Shown here one piece after another: positions 37,301 to 50,815 of a DNA stretch of 64,000 bases (position 1 is the stretch's first letter; every line of letters begins with the position of its first letter). A model generated the notes under the pieces. It had not been told where the DNA came from and did not search any database. It was given only the letters and a program-made list of their open reading frames with translations. A program made the translations under genes and the position numbers. Origin of the DNA: Azolla caroliniana (taxonomy: Eukaryota > Plantae > Polypodiophyta); assembly GCA_043228905.1 (NCBI GenBank), contig JBHGNT010000001.1:35092001-35156000 (forward strand), given 5' to 3'.

Positions 37301-40300
37301 AAGTGATATTCTGGATAAGTTGTAAGACTAATTTTTTTATTAGCAGCTAGCCTAAAAAATTTCTGTATTAATTACAATGCTCTCTGTATATATCCATCAC
37401 TGACTAAAGGTTCTAAAATTCACAACTAAGAGATAAAATTCTGTGCCATGATACTTACTGTCTAGAACCAAGCATGATATCGTGGTACTACACTTCTTAT
37501 TTAGACTGTAGTGTTAACACTTTGACTTAGTGAATGTTACTGATTCTTGTGTTTGTCTCCATTTTGGCATTCTAGGATGGCACCTGAAGTTATGGAGCAA
37601 GTTCATGGTTATGACTTTAAGTGAGTAAAGCTTATTTGAAATTATTATCACGTCGATTGGTATCAGGAGTTCAGTTGATCATAAAACCTTTACTGGTTGC
37701 ATGATGTTACAGGGCAGATATATGGTCTTTTGGGATCACGGCATTGGAGCTTGCTCATGGACATGCACCCTTCTCCAAGTATCCTCCTGTGAAGGTCGTT
37801 TCTGTACGATGGCATTTTTCTGTTTTTAACGATCTGTTTGGTTGTGTATTAATACTTTGTTATTCATTGTTATAGGTACTTCTAATGACTCTTCAAAATG
37901 CACCACCTAGCTTTGATTATGAAAGGGACAAAAGATTCTCAAAGGTAAAAAACATTCTGTCTTAACACGTTTTACCTATGACCTATGTAAGGTAACCATA
38001 GAAAAGATTTTGGTATGCAGTCATTTAAAGAGATGGTAGCAATGTGTCTGGTAAAAGACCCATCCAAGCGTCCAAGTGCTGAAAAGCTGCTAAAGCATTC
38101 GTTTTTTAAGCATGCAAAGACTGCTGATTACATTGCCCGGACAATTCTGGATCCTCTTCCACCGCTATGGGAGCGTGTTCAGGATGTGAAGGTAATTTAT
38201 ATATCAAATTCACATTTTTGTAAGCATTAATATCTGTGCACATTTCTTGTGTTGCAATGATCAATAGTTTTGTATCGTACTCAATGGAACAGATAAAAAA
38301 AATTGGCTCTTGAGTACCTGCTTCTCTCTTGTATGCTGAACTTGCATCTTGATGTATTATTTGGCCAAATGCATTTCAAATTTCTTCTCTTCATAGTGTA
38401 TCTATCTTCTCCCTCTCCATGGTTTCTTCAAATGAATGGGCTTGATGTAATTTAAGTTCTCACAAACAAAAAGAGGGACATGATTTCATAAGTGACAGGC
38501 TTCAATCTTATAGCATCAGATACAACAAAGAAATGTAAGAGTGTCAGTGTAAACCTAGATGCTTCCAGGCAGCCTGTTGCAAAACATCATGAGTATGTAG
38601 AAATTTTGGATCCATGTACATACAACAAATTATGTAAGCCCTTGTAAGCTGTCAACTGGTCAAATAAACTGAGCCTCCATTTTTCAATATATTTGTTGTC
38701 AGTACAACCTCTATATGCATTGATGTTTCTACATCTAAGCAGATATGTGTTTTCTTGTTTCTTTGTTGTAGTTTGTAACGTTAAACCTCTTATTTAATTC
38801 TTATATATAATATCCTTTATTTCATATCCATGCACAAACATCCACACACATTTGTGTTCATGTACACACATGCATGCACACCATGCTTTATCTTTTATCC
38901 TTGATTTTGTATATACTTTTCTCATGAAATACTGAAACATGAAGTAATGTGAACTCTTGGACAGATGAGAGATGAAGCAAGGCTTGCCGAGAAAAAGATG
39001 CCTTATGGTGAGCAGGAAGCAAGATCGCAGGTATGTATCTCGTTAAACAAACATCTTTCTATATTCTATGTAAGTGTTATAATTTCGATAAACATTGGTT
39101 TTTTCATGGATATGAAGAGGTATTAAAAGATTCCCTTTTGCCATTGAAATTTTTATAGAAGCAATATTCATAGACAGGGTTTGCAATTCCTTTTCCTTGT
39201 TAATTGTGCTTATTATGAGCCACATTTATAGTCATTGACTCTGATAACACAAGTAATGATGCGTAACACATTGTTTGCGAAAGAGATATGCTTGCAATTA
39301 TTCAGACTTTCTTTCAACAGACAATGGCACCTCTACTTTATTGCCTTGTTGTAATCGCATTCAACATCTTAAACAAACGTGTGCCTGAAAATTTTCATCT
39401 TTCTATCTTGTTTTCTTTAGCTTTTCTTGACAGTGTGGTGAAAACTAGACCTTGATACCTCTTGCCTCAAGGTTCTGAGTCGCTTCTTCTGTAATAGGTC
39501 TTTTTGGTAAAATCTGTACTTCTTACTATTTGATTTTGGGTGGTTTGATTCTCAAACCAGTGCAAGGGCTGTCTTGCCTTTTGAAATCATCATGATTTAC
39601 GTTGCTAGACAAGAATAGGAATTTTTAGCAATATTTATATGGGATGTTGGTGTGCAGACCTAGAACTAGTTACTAATGTTAGATATAAGTCTACCTTTAG
39701 TCCTGTTCCTGAAGTATTTGAGAGTAAAATTTGGAGATGTCTGTTTCTTGAGGTAAATTTCTTAAAATTATATGGTTGCAATCCCACTATTTTTATCCTC
39801 ATAACTGTTTCAGTGTAGGATGTGATCTCTCTCTCAGTCACATATTGTCCTCTTAAAAGATGTCTTTCTTTCTTTCTTGGATTGATCTCTGTTTCTTTTA
39901 TTTTAATATTTAGTGTTATTTGTATTCATTATGTATGTGGCGAATTGTATTGTGAGTGCTTCTCTGTTTGCGTTTGTCTATATTGATAATCTCAGAATAT
40001 CATCGTTATATAATAAAAGAAGCCACTCTGATTATATTATCTTCTGCAATTAGAATGAATACAAGCGGGGAGTGAGCTCTTGGAATTTTGATTTGGAAGA
40101 CTTGAAAACCCAGGCAGCTTTGGTAAGATAGCCACATCGAGAATTCTAAGATGCAATTTTAGTGTGAGAAACTAATGTTTGTTATATGTCAGAATGAAGT
40201 TGAACCCGCAATCAAGGATTATATTAACAAAGACAGGGATATTTCTGATATATATTCTGCTTCATCACCACCATTTGTGCCATCACTAAGAACAGTGGTA

Positions 40301-43300
40301 GAGAGCAATAGTTGCCAATCAACAGGAGGGGTTTACCTCACAGAGGCAGAAATTGCAAATTCTGTAAGTTAATTTAGCTCTCCATTGTGTCAGCTTTCTT
40401 TTTACTTCTGTCAGATGGGGAATACCAGAAAATTTATCTGCCTACCTCCTGAACTTTTTTTGTTATTTCATTTTGATGGGATTTTATTGCTTTGCTTATC
40501 AGGCATGTGAGCATGCTAATTGTGTATGGTCAGGACCTATGCCTCCTTCTAAACCTTGCAATGATTCCAAGTAAACCTTCCACATCTTTAATTAGCTAAA
40601 TCCAATCAGTAGGAACATTGTTTTCTTTAAACATGTGGAATAAATTGGAGTTGTATTTATTGTAATAGACCCTGGCATCCTCTAACAGGAAAGAAGGAAC
40701 CCAAACACTTGTGAGTATTATGATCCTTTACTTGTTTATCTGTACCTTTAATTAATGACCAAGTGAGATAGAATTACAACAATGGCCTATGATTGGGTGT
40801 TTTTTATTGTTTGTATGGATGTAAGCAGTGGTCGTTTTGATGTATTCGATGATGATCCTGAACAAGATATTCTAGAGTCATGTAATGGTAATGCCGATTT
40901 GCATAATGATGTGGAAAAAGAGAATGTGAGCATTGTTTCAGTTACAGATCAAAGCATAGAGTTCAATCATGCTGAAGAGAGGGTTGATGAACAAGATAAT
41001 GCTAATCAAAAGTATAATCACAGGTCAACAAGAAAGGTCTGAATGATACGCAGAAAGGCAGGTATGATTCTGAAATACAATGTAGTATGTACTTACTTTT
41101 GATATAAAGTAGAGAATTGTTAACTGGGAGTCAGAGAATGAAATACATGTTGGATAATGAAGGATTGTTTAATTTTCCATTGAAAAGGTCACACTTCATA
41201 TAAGACTATATGATTAATTTGCAATACTGCTCAAGTTCTTTATGATGGAAATGGAATGACATGATTGAAACGTGCTTTGCTTATGTTTAAAAGGCAATTT
41301 CAAACATTTAAACATGCATTTGCTATAGAAAAGCAGATACCAGCGATGATCTAAACTGCTAAAACTGATTGTTTGTGAGCAGAGGACTTCAACCTATTGG
41401 AAAATCTATAGATGATGATGTTGGCCTTCCACAACCATCAAACCCAGCAAAGGTCTCTACTGGGCCTTCAATATTCTCTGTGACATGCTTTGAAAGTCAC
41501 TGCCCAAATGGAATAGTAGTAACTACAAAACTTGGAGGTACATGATAAAAATGGACTGGAACTTAAACTGAATCTGTAGTAAATTCAGAACGCTTGTTTT
41601 ATCCCCTAAATATATAATAATGATTTCAGATCATAAATCTCAGAAGGAGCCCTCAGAGGAGAAGCTAAAAGGCCAGGCCGTTTTCCAAAAGGGTCGGTTT
41701 TCTGTCACTTCTCAAGATGAAGATATACAAGAGGCAAGAAAATTGGATTTCATATGGGTTACCCTCATAGTCTCGCTTCTTTAATGGGAAATTCATTTCC
41801 ATCATCAATTTTGAAAATTCTGCAGCATGGACCTAATTCTCGGAAAAATGCAAGTACACAAGTAAGACGAAAGGGTCAATGAAACTAATTAAGTGTCTCT
41901 GGCAATTCTGAATCTTTCTGTACCACGTCTTATGTAGACTTCTGTTCAGACATCTATAGTTCACAAGACAGCTAGTCTGAATGATGGGCTTTTAGAACAG
42001 AAACATGCTGTATGTCACCTACCTTCTCTATTTCTTGAAAACAGAAATATTCAAATTTTGGTTTCAAACTGTTAGCTTTGGATACCTATAGTTTTTATCA
42101 ATTTCAATGCTAGTAATTATCTTCAATTGCCAGCTAAAGAGAATCAAGTTGCCTATTTTAGCATTCGGCCATATTTTGTTCCTGTCATGAATTGATTATT
42201 TGCTTGATATGAGGAAAAATCCAACACCTATTCATCTCCCCATTCTATTTACTCTTCTCATTATCTTCATTCTGGACCCAAACCTTACCTATCCATTCTG
42301 CCATTAAACTAGTAAGAACTACATTTATGTCCAAATACCTCAGTCATTCACTTAATATTCACTCTGCATTGTTTCATATCACAGTCTTTCACCATTCAGG
42401 CACTAGAATGAATTGAGAATCTTAAGTGTTTCACTAATGAGAGTCTTTGGTACCTTATATTTAGTTCTACTTATTTATTTTGGCTTGTTATTCTCAATGA
42501 CAAGACAACATTTTGAGATATAATCTCATATCCGGACTTAAGAGGCCATTTTTGCCTCTTAAAAGATGTTAATATTTCTTCTTTAATTGAGAGGAGAAAT
42601 GAATGTAAGGTATGATAGGCCATTTTGGCTTCTTCGACATGCTAATTCATCTTTTTCAGTGGAAAGTCTAAAACATGAATCGATATTTTCCATTGTCTTT
42701 ATCAAAATTTTAACATCAATGAAATATTATGTATATTTCATCAAAACCTTTTTCTCATAGGTGATCCTTTTTATAGGGACCACCCACAGCTGCAACAAGT
42801 GTGCTGAATGCAACAACATTGATCCAAACACTACAAACCCTTTTGAGTCAAACAGGTCTGCAACAGGTTGGTAGCATTATTTTAAAAAAGCTAATTGTCA
42901 AATGGATATTCACTGCATATATATTTTCTTTATATGCTTGCAGTTTTTGGAACTATTTTTTCCATCCTATTGTTCAATTCTTGTGCTTTATCATTTCAGG
43001 AGTTGATTGTAAATTTGTTGAACAGCGTCAACCCTTCAGAACAGCCTTTATGTGAGTTTATCTGTACTTCTAGTTGACCTAACCTGATGGAATTTAGCTT
43101 ATGAAACTGAGTCCCTAAGTTGTGACTCCATCAGTTAGAAGAATTCAATTTCTTAAATATATTAGTCTGCATTCAGAGTGGGCTCTGGTAGAAAGAAGAT
43201 GTGGGGATTGATCTTACTTGTAGTTTCTTCTATAAAGAAAAGGAAAAAGTTATGGGCTCATGAAAAGAATGTACATTGGCACTTATATCATCAAAATTGT

Positions 43301-46300
43301 TAGCAGGACATGAGATGATCATTGCTGGTATGCTGGAATGTAGGAATAGTCCCAATCACATGCTATAAGTATAAATGCAGAACTCTCATTCCAATATAGG
43401 TTGGATTGTCTACAATTGGCCCAAAAAGGAAGAGAGTAGAGTGATCCAAATTGATATCATTAAATTGTAATGGAAGATTGGGATACGCCCCATGTTGTTG
43501 CATTGTGGGCTCTCATTTGAGAGTTTTTTTTGGTTTTATCATCAAACCTTCTTATATAGATACACATCTCTCTCATGTTCTCCATAGCGTGATAGGCTAA
43601 CACAGAACCTTCACATCAGTTTGAGATTGAAATATAGGTTATGTCATGTTATCCATATTGAAAAAACTATAAGTTCTTGGTTTCCTAAAGATCTATGAGA
43701 ATGATCTTCATGGATGTAGTGGAATGATTTGGGGATGGTTTACGTATGAGTATTGGTGAGGGGACATCGTAACTGAGGTTGGTTGGTGCCTGGTTATGGC
43801 AATAATGGTAATCAAATACTAATGATACGCAATGAAGGTTTAGATTAAGAAAAGAAATATTTGAGGGTTCTTACCCACTCCAACCACCCCAAGCCAAGGA
43901 CAAGAGATGAACACAAAACGCCATTAGTGTCCCATACCACCAAATATAACCTTATGCTATACCTTGGAAGAGAGCTTTACCTCACCAATAGAGTCTTGGC
44001 ATTGTCTCTGCATGCCACAATGACGGGGGTAGTTAGTCCCCCTTATAAAGCTCAACTCCTTAGGCTCCCAGACCACCACATGTTCACATGTGTTGTTGAT
44101 CCTTATGGGTTTGTCCCAAGTCGTAGGATAACTGATTTCCCAATCATCCTATTCTTAAACCATTGAAATTAGCTTTAGAATTGATCCCTCAGCTTATGCC
44201 GATAAGGTTAAGTCCATGTGAGCAATGATCCCCATGATCCAACAATTGTATGACCCATATGCCTTGTATTATGATACCCAGAGTCTCCATTAATGTCTCA
44301 TTCTTTTACCTGCTCTCTGTTGATGCCTCAGCATGTTGTTTGTGGAGATATCGGCCTCTTCGAGAAATCAGTATGTGCAATTGCAGTGCATCCCGTGTGG
44401 TAAAAGAAAGGTTGATTCCCGATGCATTTGAAACTCATGGAAGCTTTGGCCAAGGTGCTATGGGTTAGCCCTCTCGATCATTTGTCAAATGGTGGCAATT
44501 TGTTGACAGAGGGGGACATACTTCTCTCTGATGTGCTTTGTAAGCTGGGCACTTGCACACAAAATGCTCTTCACACTCAACCTCTCTTTCACATCATTTG
44601 CAAAAATATTTGGCTCTAGATATGGAAGTGCTAGTCCTACTTTGCTAGTGGGAGGAAAACAAGCACTATGGAGGCATGTAGACATCCATATATATATATA
44701 CCTCAGTCATTGAATGAATCCATCATGTGAGAAGCTCATGAAATGATCATTGTAGTAGGCAATCTTTTGCATATAGAATTGACATAGTTCTTACTGCAAT
44801 ATCTTGTTCTATTCATCATTTTGGAGAGGTATATGGTATCAGAAGAGTGGCAAGTTCTCGACGATGAGGACATTGATATTGAACCACTGCATCACCTATG
44901 AGTATCATGATCCTTCTCGCTATTCTGTTGTCACCATTTCCTTTGATGCTTCAAACACAAACATCCTACATGTAATTCTTTAAAATGGCATTGTTCAGAT
45001 CCAGTTGATGAGGTTAGACTAGCTAGGGTTTTGAGATGATGTTGTAGACCTGCATGAAGATTCATAGATGAGGATTGCGTCATCAATGAAAAGAAGAATG
45101 TGGACCAAATCTGAGATTTCCTTGGTTAGGTAGGTCTCATGACCTATAGAGAGCTCAAATGGTCCTTGTGCTAGAAAGGCCACCTATGAAAGTCATGTTG
45201 AACATGTGTGCATGGCCAGGGGAAAGTGTGCTTACAACATATATGAAATGTCTCTTTGCAACCCTGTGTGGTCAGATGACCTTCCATGTTGAGGGTTGTA
45301 TGAAGTGAAGAAAGTGGAGATGGTAGGGAGAGACGCTGATGATTGTGGTATTGTAAAATCTGAAGTAAAATTTACATGTGAAATGCCCATCCTCTTAATA
45401 TTAGTATCTGTTTTTAGTAACCTTTAACTAAATTTTGCGTTTTTGAATACCTTTGCTACTCAATGCAGCTCAAAAATCGAGCAGCCACACTGCAAAAAAC
45501 ATTTCAAGAAATGTGCGATTGATCTCTTTGGAATCCAAAGTAAGTTTTGTGATTGCTAGTGTACAGTCAAGAGGGAATGAACAAGTTGCTAATCATAGAG
45601 CTGCAAAAGCAGATGGAGATGATATCTGAGAGAGAGAGGAACCTTTTATCACTAGTTGGGGAGTTGCAATGCAGGTAACAATGATGTGTCAGACATTTGT
45701 ATTATATGAAATCTTTAATCTTGGCAAATTTGATATCATATGATCAGAATGAAAGAACAAAACATATAATCATTGTATCCTTTTTTATTAACATATTTTA
45801 AGAGGCTGAAATGGCCTATGAAACTGAACAGGAATTCACTTTTTTAAATGTTGTCTCATCTTTGAGAACACCAACCGGATAATCTTGTTATCGAAGCTCT
45901 TATTAGCATTCTGAACTTGGATGGACTGAAAGTTTTGCCTTCAAAAGATCGACAGTGTGAGCTGGAAGATGGATAGATCTCCAAAGTGAGGGAAGCGCAG
46001 TAAGTCTTGGGTGAAAATGGCCTTAATTTGTCAATAACTGGGGCTATGGTTCATATGGACATGGCCTACATGCACAGAAAATAACTATCTTCAGATCTAT
46101 TATAACCCTATTTGTTTAGCCCTTGATTGAACAATAGCGTGGGACGCACAGGTGATGGTGTTAAAGAAGGTTGTATTTGTACAACTTTTGTGTCTCTTGA
46201 TTTTTAATGACAACATTCTCACATCCGATTCCTTCTTCAAGAAGAAAATATTGTCTTCCTCTGAACTCTTATAGACTGGGCAATGACATACACAATATTC

Positions 46301-47234
46301 CTTGGATTCAACTTCTTGATTGCAATGCTGGCAGATATCCTCTAAAGCTATATGTGGATATCCTCCGATCTCTATCCTTAGTTGATGGGAGGATGTCCAG
46401 ACCTCCAATATTTCTGTGCAAAGGGCATGTGAGATTTGTATCTTGAATGATGAAACTATTGAGGGATATATGTAAGAAAGGAAATTATAGGCAGTGATCT
46501 CTCTACCTAGGTTACACTTTTCGTGTGCACATGATCACTGGAATGGAGGACTATTTTGCCAACAGTTGTGCTTAGGGTACTCTTTGTTTTTATATGATCA
46601 TCACAACGAAAGACTATAATTTCCAACATTAGCTTCCCAATAGTTTCATAATCACAACTAGACAAAAAATGTATTGTTTCATGTTAGCATGTTCGCGTTA
46701 GCACAGTCATGATGCCAGTTCTGTTTGGCTACTTAATTGCACTGCCAGAGACCATTATTAAAAGGAGGGAAGAAGAAGAAATAAAAAAGAGTAGAAGAAT
46801 AGAGCAGAGGAAAAAGAGGTGGCAAGAAGAGAGTGTGAGCCCTGACATTTTTTAATCACTTTTTGGTGTGGAGAATAGTTTAGGCTTTGCATGATCCTAT
46901 GGAGTCTTAGTACTGTGTTCAGTTCTAGAATAATGGTGTTTCTTTTACAACAAAGTTATGCTATAAGTAACTCTATGTATTGTGACCATTTCTTTCTTTT
47001 GCCTCATACAGTGTCACTGTACTGGTGGAAGAACTTCAAGTTGTGAAGTTGCGAAATGTACAGGTATTTATGATGACAAAAGCTCAACAAATCCCATTTG
47101 TGATGCTATATTCTATCATGAATATATGTGTATGTTTATGATTAGCACAGCTTGAGCGTCAATTAAATGCAATCTTCAATAAAGAGGAGGAAGAGAGAAT
47201 AAGGAAAGAAGAGGCAGCAAATGATGATGACTGA
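31014..47234 (+). CDS. STE20-family MAP4K Ser/Thr kinase of the BLUS1/OSR1-fray type, about 20 exons
   Basis: Exons include 31014-31211 ([17 protein letters not shown]), 34959-35213 ([17 protein letters not shown]), 35297-35421 (AGNIL..DFG..GTPCW), 37576-37620 (MAPE), 37713-37794 ([25 protein letters not shown]), 37876-37944, 38021-38191, 38964-39030, 40054-40122 ([17 protein letters not shown]), 41630-41733 (KGRFSVTS) and a terminal coiled coil 47151-47234 ([21 protein letters not shown]). Some central exons are approximate. Confidence 0.93.
31597..31988. repeat. ~190 bp tandem duplication in kinase intron 1
   Basis: TCATTTATACATCAATTTCAG...TTCAAGGAATTTCTCTTAG occurs twice; the second copy has a small internal deletion. 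Confidence 0.9.
32270..32520 (+). mobile_element. Copy of a dispersed intronic repeat family (SINE or LINE-tail-like)
   Basis: AAATGGCCTATAAGACTGAACAAGAGATT..AAATGTTTTCTCGTCTTTGAGAA..TTCTGAACTT..AAGATGGAGAGATC..AAGTGAGTGAAGCGC matches 45800-46030. Reverse-complement copies occur at ~34276, ~35885 and ~42485. Confidence 0.7.
33373..34130 (-). mobile_element. Degenerate LINE reverse-transcriptase fragment
   Basis: Minus-strand residues [20 protein letters not shown] (YADD-like), [12 protein letters not shown] and YTYL. Confidence 0.8.
34331..34731. mobile_element. Fold-back/MITE element with ~90 bp near-perfect inverted arms extended by (GA)n/(TC)n
   Basis: 34374-34463 (GTAGACATGGAGTAAAGCATATCTACAAAAGTTGAAGGGAG...TTCTTTCCTC) is the reverse complement of 34621-34711. 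Confidence 0.85.
35885..35975 (-). mobile_element. Copy of the dispersed intronic repeat family
   Basis: TTCTCAAAGATGAGACAACA..AATCTCTTGTTTAGTCTTATAGGCCA..GCCTCTTAAAAAATGTTAAT is the reverse complement of the 32280/45800 copies. Confidence 0.7.
42485..42580 (-). mobile_element. Copy of the dispersed intronic repeat family
   Basis: TTCTCAATGACAAGACAACAT..AATCTC..AGGCCATTTTTGCCTCTTAAAAGATGTTAATAT. Confidence 0.65.
43860..44700 (-). mobile_element. Probable decayed retroelement fragment in a kinase intron
   Basis: Composition shift and broken coding-like frames within a large intron. No intact diagnostic motif. Confidence 0.35.
45795..46430. mobile_element. Repeat-family copy plus LINE C-terminal cysteine-rich fragment (minus strand)
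   Basis: 45800-46030 matches 32270-32520. The 46100-46408 minus ORF has [34 protein letters not shown], the zinc-knuckle-like end of LINE ORF2. Confidence 0.75.
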
Positions 47235-49535
47235 AAAATAGCAGTGCAACTGATGATGATGACTGCATCCTTCGTTAATATACAAGTATACATCCTTGTT
47301 ATATAATGGATATTTGCCTCTTCAAGCTTTTATAGTTTTATAAAGAAGTCATAGATATGGAGAACTGAATTAAGGTTTGTTTTCTGTCTTTAGAGAGTTT
47401 TATTTTTCTTCTTATATTCGTCAAAGCAATTGAGTTATTCATTGAGCCATATTCAAAAACAAATGTGCTCTTGACAATAAAAAGAAAAAGCTGGGTTCGA
47501 TGAATTTGTAACCATGCTTAAAAGCTCATTTACAAGTATTCTTTGGTCTCTTTATAAAACGGCTATCAATCTAAATCATAAATCCGTTTTTTGCCTTCTG
47601 ATGTATAGTACTCAATATATTACTACATGTTTTGTTTATCTGCAATAAGTGATTCCAGAATATCTACGAATTATTGTTTCATATTTGTAATTTAGAGAGA
47701 TAAGGAAAAAAAAAATTTAACCTCAATGATTGAATTCCTTGCATTCTTTTGATATAGTGCCAACCTTTGGGATGGTTGTATATGATGAATGCTAATTGAT
47801 TTGAGATTGTGATGGATTATGTGATAAATTAGCTTACCTTAGAAGGTTAAATTAAGTTCTTTTAGATAACAAGTACAACGTATGATGGTGTTTAACAGTG
47901 AACTGAGATATATCTTGAAAGAATGGTTCAGTTTTGTAAGTTTAATGATTATGAGAGTTCGATTTGTCTTTTCTGTATCCGCTTACTTTCCACTGAGCTG
48001 GACCATTTTGTTTGTATATACAGAATTAGGATGTGCTAATAACTTGGCTTGCCAGTCAAGTTTGTTGTTCGGGTCGTATAACATGTTCAGAATTTCTATA
48101 AAATTAAAACCTAAAATAAAACTAGATTTAATACAGCTGCGACAACGCCATATTTGGATTTCACTATATGCATCTCATTTTCTTAAAAAGATTCTCCCCC
48201 ATCATAATGCCATAAAATGCCCATTAACACATAGCCAACCTTTTTCGGACATTATTATTTATGCATGGTTTTAACAAACTTTGACAAATGATGTCGCTAG
48301 ACTCCTGTGATGGAATGCTTAAAGTTTCTTTGGAAAGATGTCATGAGTTTATGATCATTGTTTGGCGGAGCCCTTAAGCCAATGTAATTATGCCTTTCCA
48401 CGGGTTGGATTTTGTCTCATTGGGTATTTTCTGACTGGACTTTAAAAGTTCTATATTTTTACTCTAAAAAATCGAAATCCTGTCACTTCTTCCTCATCTC
48501 TTGCAAGATTGCAGGTCGTGAGCTCTGGCCCTACTACAACCTATGAAGCACAACTCTAGGTGCCCCATTCTTCTCCTCACCTAGACTCTCTCAGGGTAGA
48601 CCTAGCGTCTCCCTCAACTTTCTTTTTCATATAGAGGGAAGCTCTTGTCATCAAGGTCTAGATGGTTGGCAAATATCCATGTTTGATGGGCAATTAAATA
48701 GTGACTAAACCAATGATACCGCTTCTAATTTTTCATTTAGAAATACATTTGAACAATATCTGTTTTGCAATGTGTTACATGGTACAGCATCTATTAAATT
48801 TTACTTTGAAAAGAGTTCAAAACAATTGATTCCTTGTTATGGATGACACGAACAGTGGTAAATGTTCAACACGAATTCTAGAAATATGACTAAGTTGAGG
48901 AGCAAGACGATTTCCTATAAAGGTCAAAAAGCTTACCCAACATTACAAATTAGAATGGCATATACAATCTCAGCATTGGTATGGTATACAAATTGTGTAC
49001 CTAGCATGAAAAAACTGGCTCCATCTGTTTAGGATTTACAGTCTCTTTAGCTACATCATAAGATGGCGAAAGAACGTGTATAGCATTTGTGACATAAAAA
49101 TGTGCACCAAGCTACTATCATAAAATGAACTATGACCACGAGGGTTTGAGTACACAGGCGCTCACCTGCAAGAAATGATGTTGATTGAATATTTAGGTTA
49201 TTTGTACAAAAAGAATTAAACCAGTTGTTTGAGATCACCTTGGAATACATGATCAATAAATCTGGTTAGTTGCATTTACCAATAAATATTGGTCAAACAA
49301 TTGCTCCATGAATGAGCAGCCTACTAACAAGGCATCCAAATTGTAGTCATCTTAGAATCTTCACGTTTGTGTGACCTTTATGGTTTACAGTTTATAGTCT
49401 CCAGAACAATTGTACATTGCAAGGATTAGGAATTGGGGTACAATCATTTATGCAAGGATTTGAGGTTATTGAACAATCATACACTAGAAACATTAGCAAT
49501 TTAGGAAGCAATTCAGGGTTTGATCATCCATTGCA

Positions 49536-50380
49536 TTAGAAAACCTCTCCTTCAATCCCATCTCTTACCACATCATAAGCATCCCAAGGCCTAGATTTCC
49601 TCATACCTGCCATGAAACACACTTTTTTTGCATTTGAATCCTCTATCGTTATGGAAGTCACCTTCACCCACACTAAGATCTTTGTTTTCATTCCTTCAAT
49701 ATTCATAAATTTTCCCTGTGAAAGGGTTCCTGACACTTTCATTGCATATCTCACGATAGATGAGTCTTTGAATCCCATTTCCAAAATTGAAGGCAAAAAG
49801 ACAGTTAATTTTGATGAATTTTCCTCCCACTCATAGTGCGTAGCATTCTTTGGGAAAATTCCTTTGGGAAGCCCATATGATGACAATAATTCCGACAATG
49901 GCTTTTGCATCTTGCCTATGTCAACACGATACATTTTAGCCTTTAAGTTCACAAATCAATGGAATTATGAAAGGGAACAAGAAACAAAAATAAAAAAGCA
50001 TTTGGTTTCGGAGCAAAAGATTAGATCAATTATCAAAACACGTAGTAAATGCACCTTGACAAATATTTGCGAAAGGAAAAGGTTTGATTATATTTACCTC
50101 TCAATCGATTAAATAAGCGTTTCGCACCTTCTTCAACACTATTCAACACTGTCTGCAAGGGCAATTCGAAAATGCAAAATCAAATTTGAGTCCATATAGC
50201 TATTATCTCTGAAAGTTGTGTCCATTGAATCTCTCTCTCTCTCTCTCTCTCTCCAAAATTTGGAGAGGATACAGAGGCACATATTCATAGCGGATACAGA
50301 AAAGGCCGGAGAAGATAATGCTTCATGATTATATAGCAATACAAACTTACATCATCGTCACCTGTTGCTGCTGCTGCTGC

Positions 50381-50416
<36 letters not shown>

Positions 50417-50482
50417 GAACAGCTCTAGTTTTGTTCGTCGAGAGACAAGGAGGCTGCCTGCTCTGACGAGGATACTGTCCAT
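49536..50482 (-). CDS. DUF538 family protein (At5g01610-like), 3 exons
   Basis: Exons 50482-50351, 50152-50098, 49915-49536 give MDSILVRAGSLLVSRRTKLEL..GDDDTVLNSVEEGAKRLFNRLRGKMQKPLSELLSSYGLPKGIFPKNATHYE..IEGMKTKILVWVKVT..KSRPWDAYDVVRDGIEGEVF*. Confidence 0.93.
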
Positions 50483-50745
50483 TTCTTCTGGTCTGTGTGG
50501 GAGAGCGAGTTCATATGGTTGAAGGAAGGCAGAGATGGCAATTGAGCTCGCGTTCCCTCATTGCCAACTAGTGATGACGATGACACTGATGAGGACATCT
50601 CAACTGACACTGCTTCAAAAAGAGAAAGGAAAGGAGATGGAGATGATATGGAGATGATGGAGATGAAGATTCGCCCACAAAATGCCCCTCGGACCATTTT
50701 TTCTGCCGGTGCCAAATTTCGCATGTTTCCCACAAAATGTCTTTC

Positions 50746-50815
50746 GATTTTCATGATTTCACCGCGAAATGGTCTTCAGTTTTCATGATTTCACCGCGAA
50801 ATGCCCTTCGATTTT
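50746..50815. promoter_or_regulatory. 32 bp tandem duplication carrying two E2F-consensus sites upstream of the DUF538 gene
   Basis: TTTTCATGATTTCACCGCGAAATG occurs twice. CCGCGAAA reads TTTCGCGG on the minus strand and fits TTTSSCGS. Confidence 0.45.

Noticed and set aside
38809-38819. U12-type donor-like ATATCCTTT (also GTATCCTTT at ~45775)
   Set aside because: Both lie deep inside introns already explained by GT-AG boundaries, with no adjacent exon.
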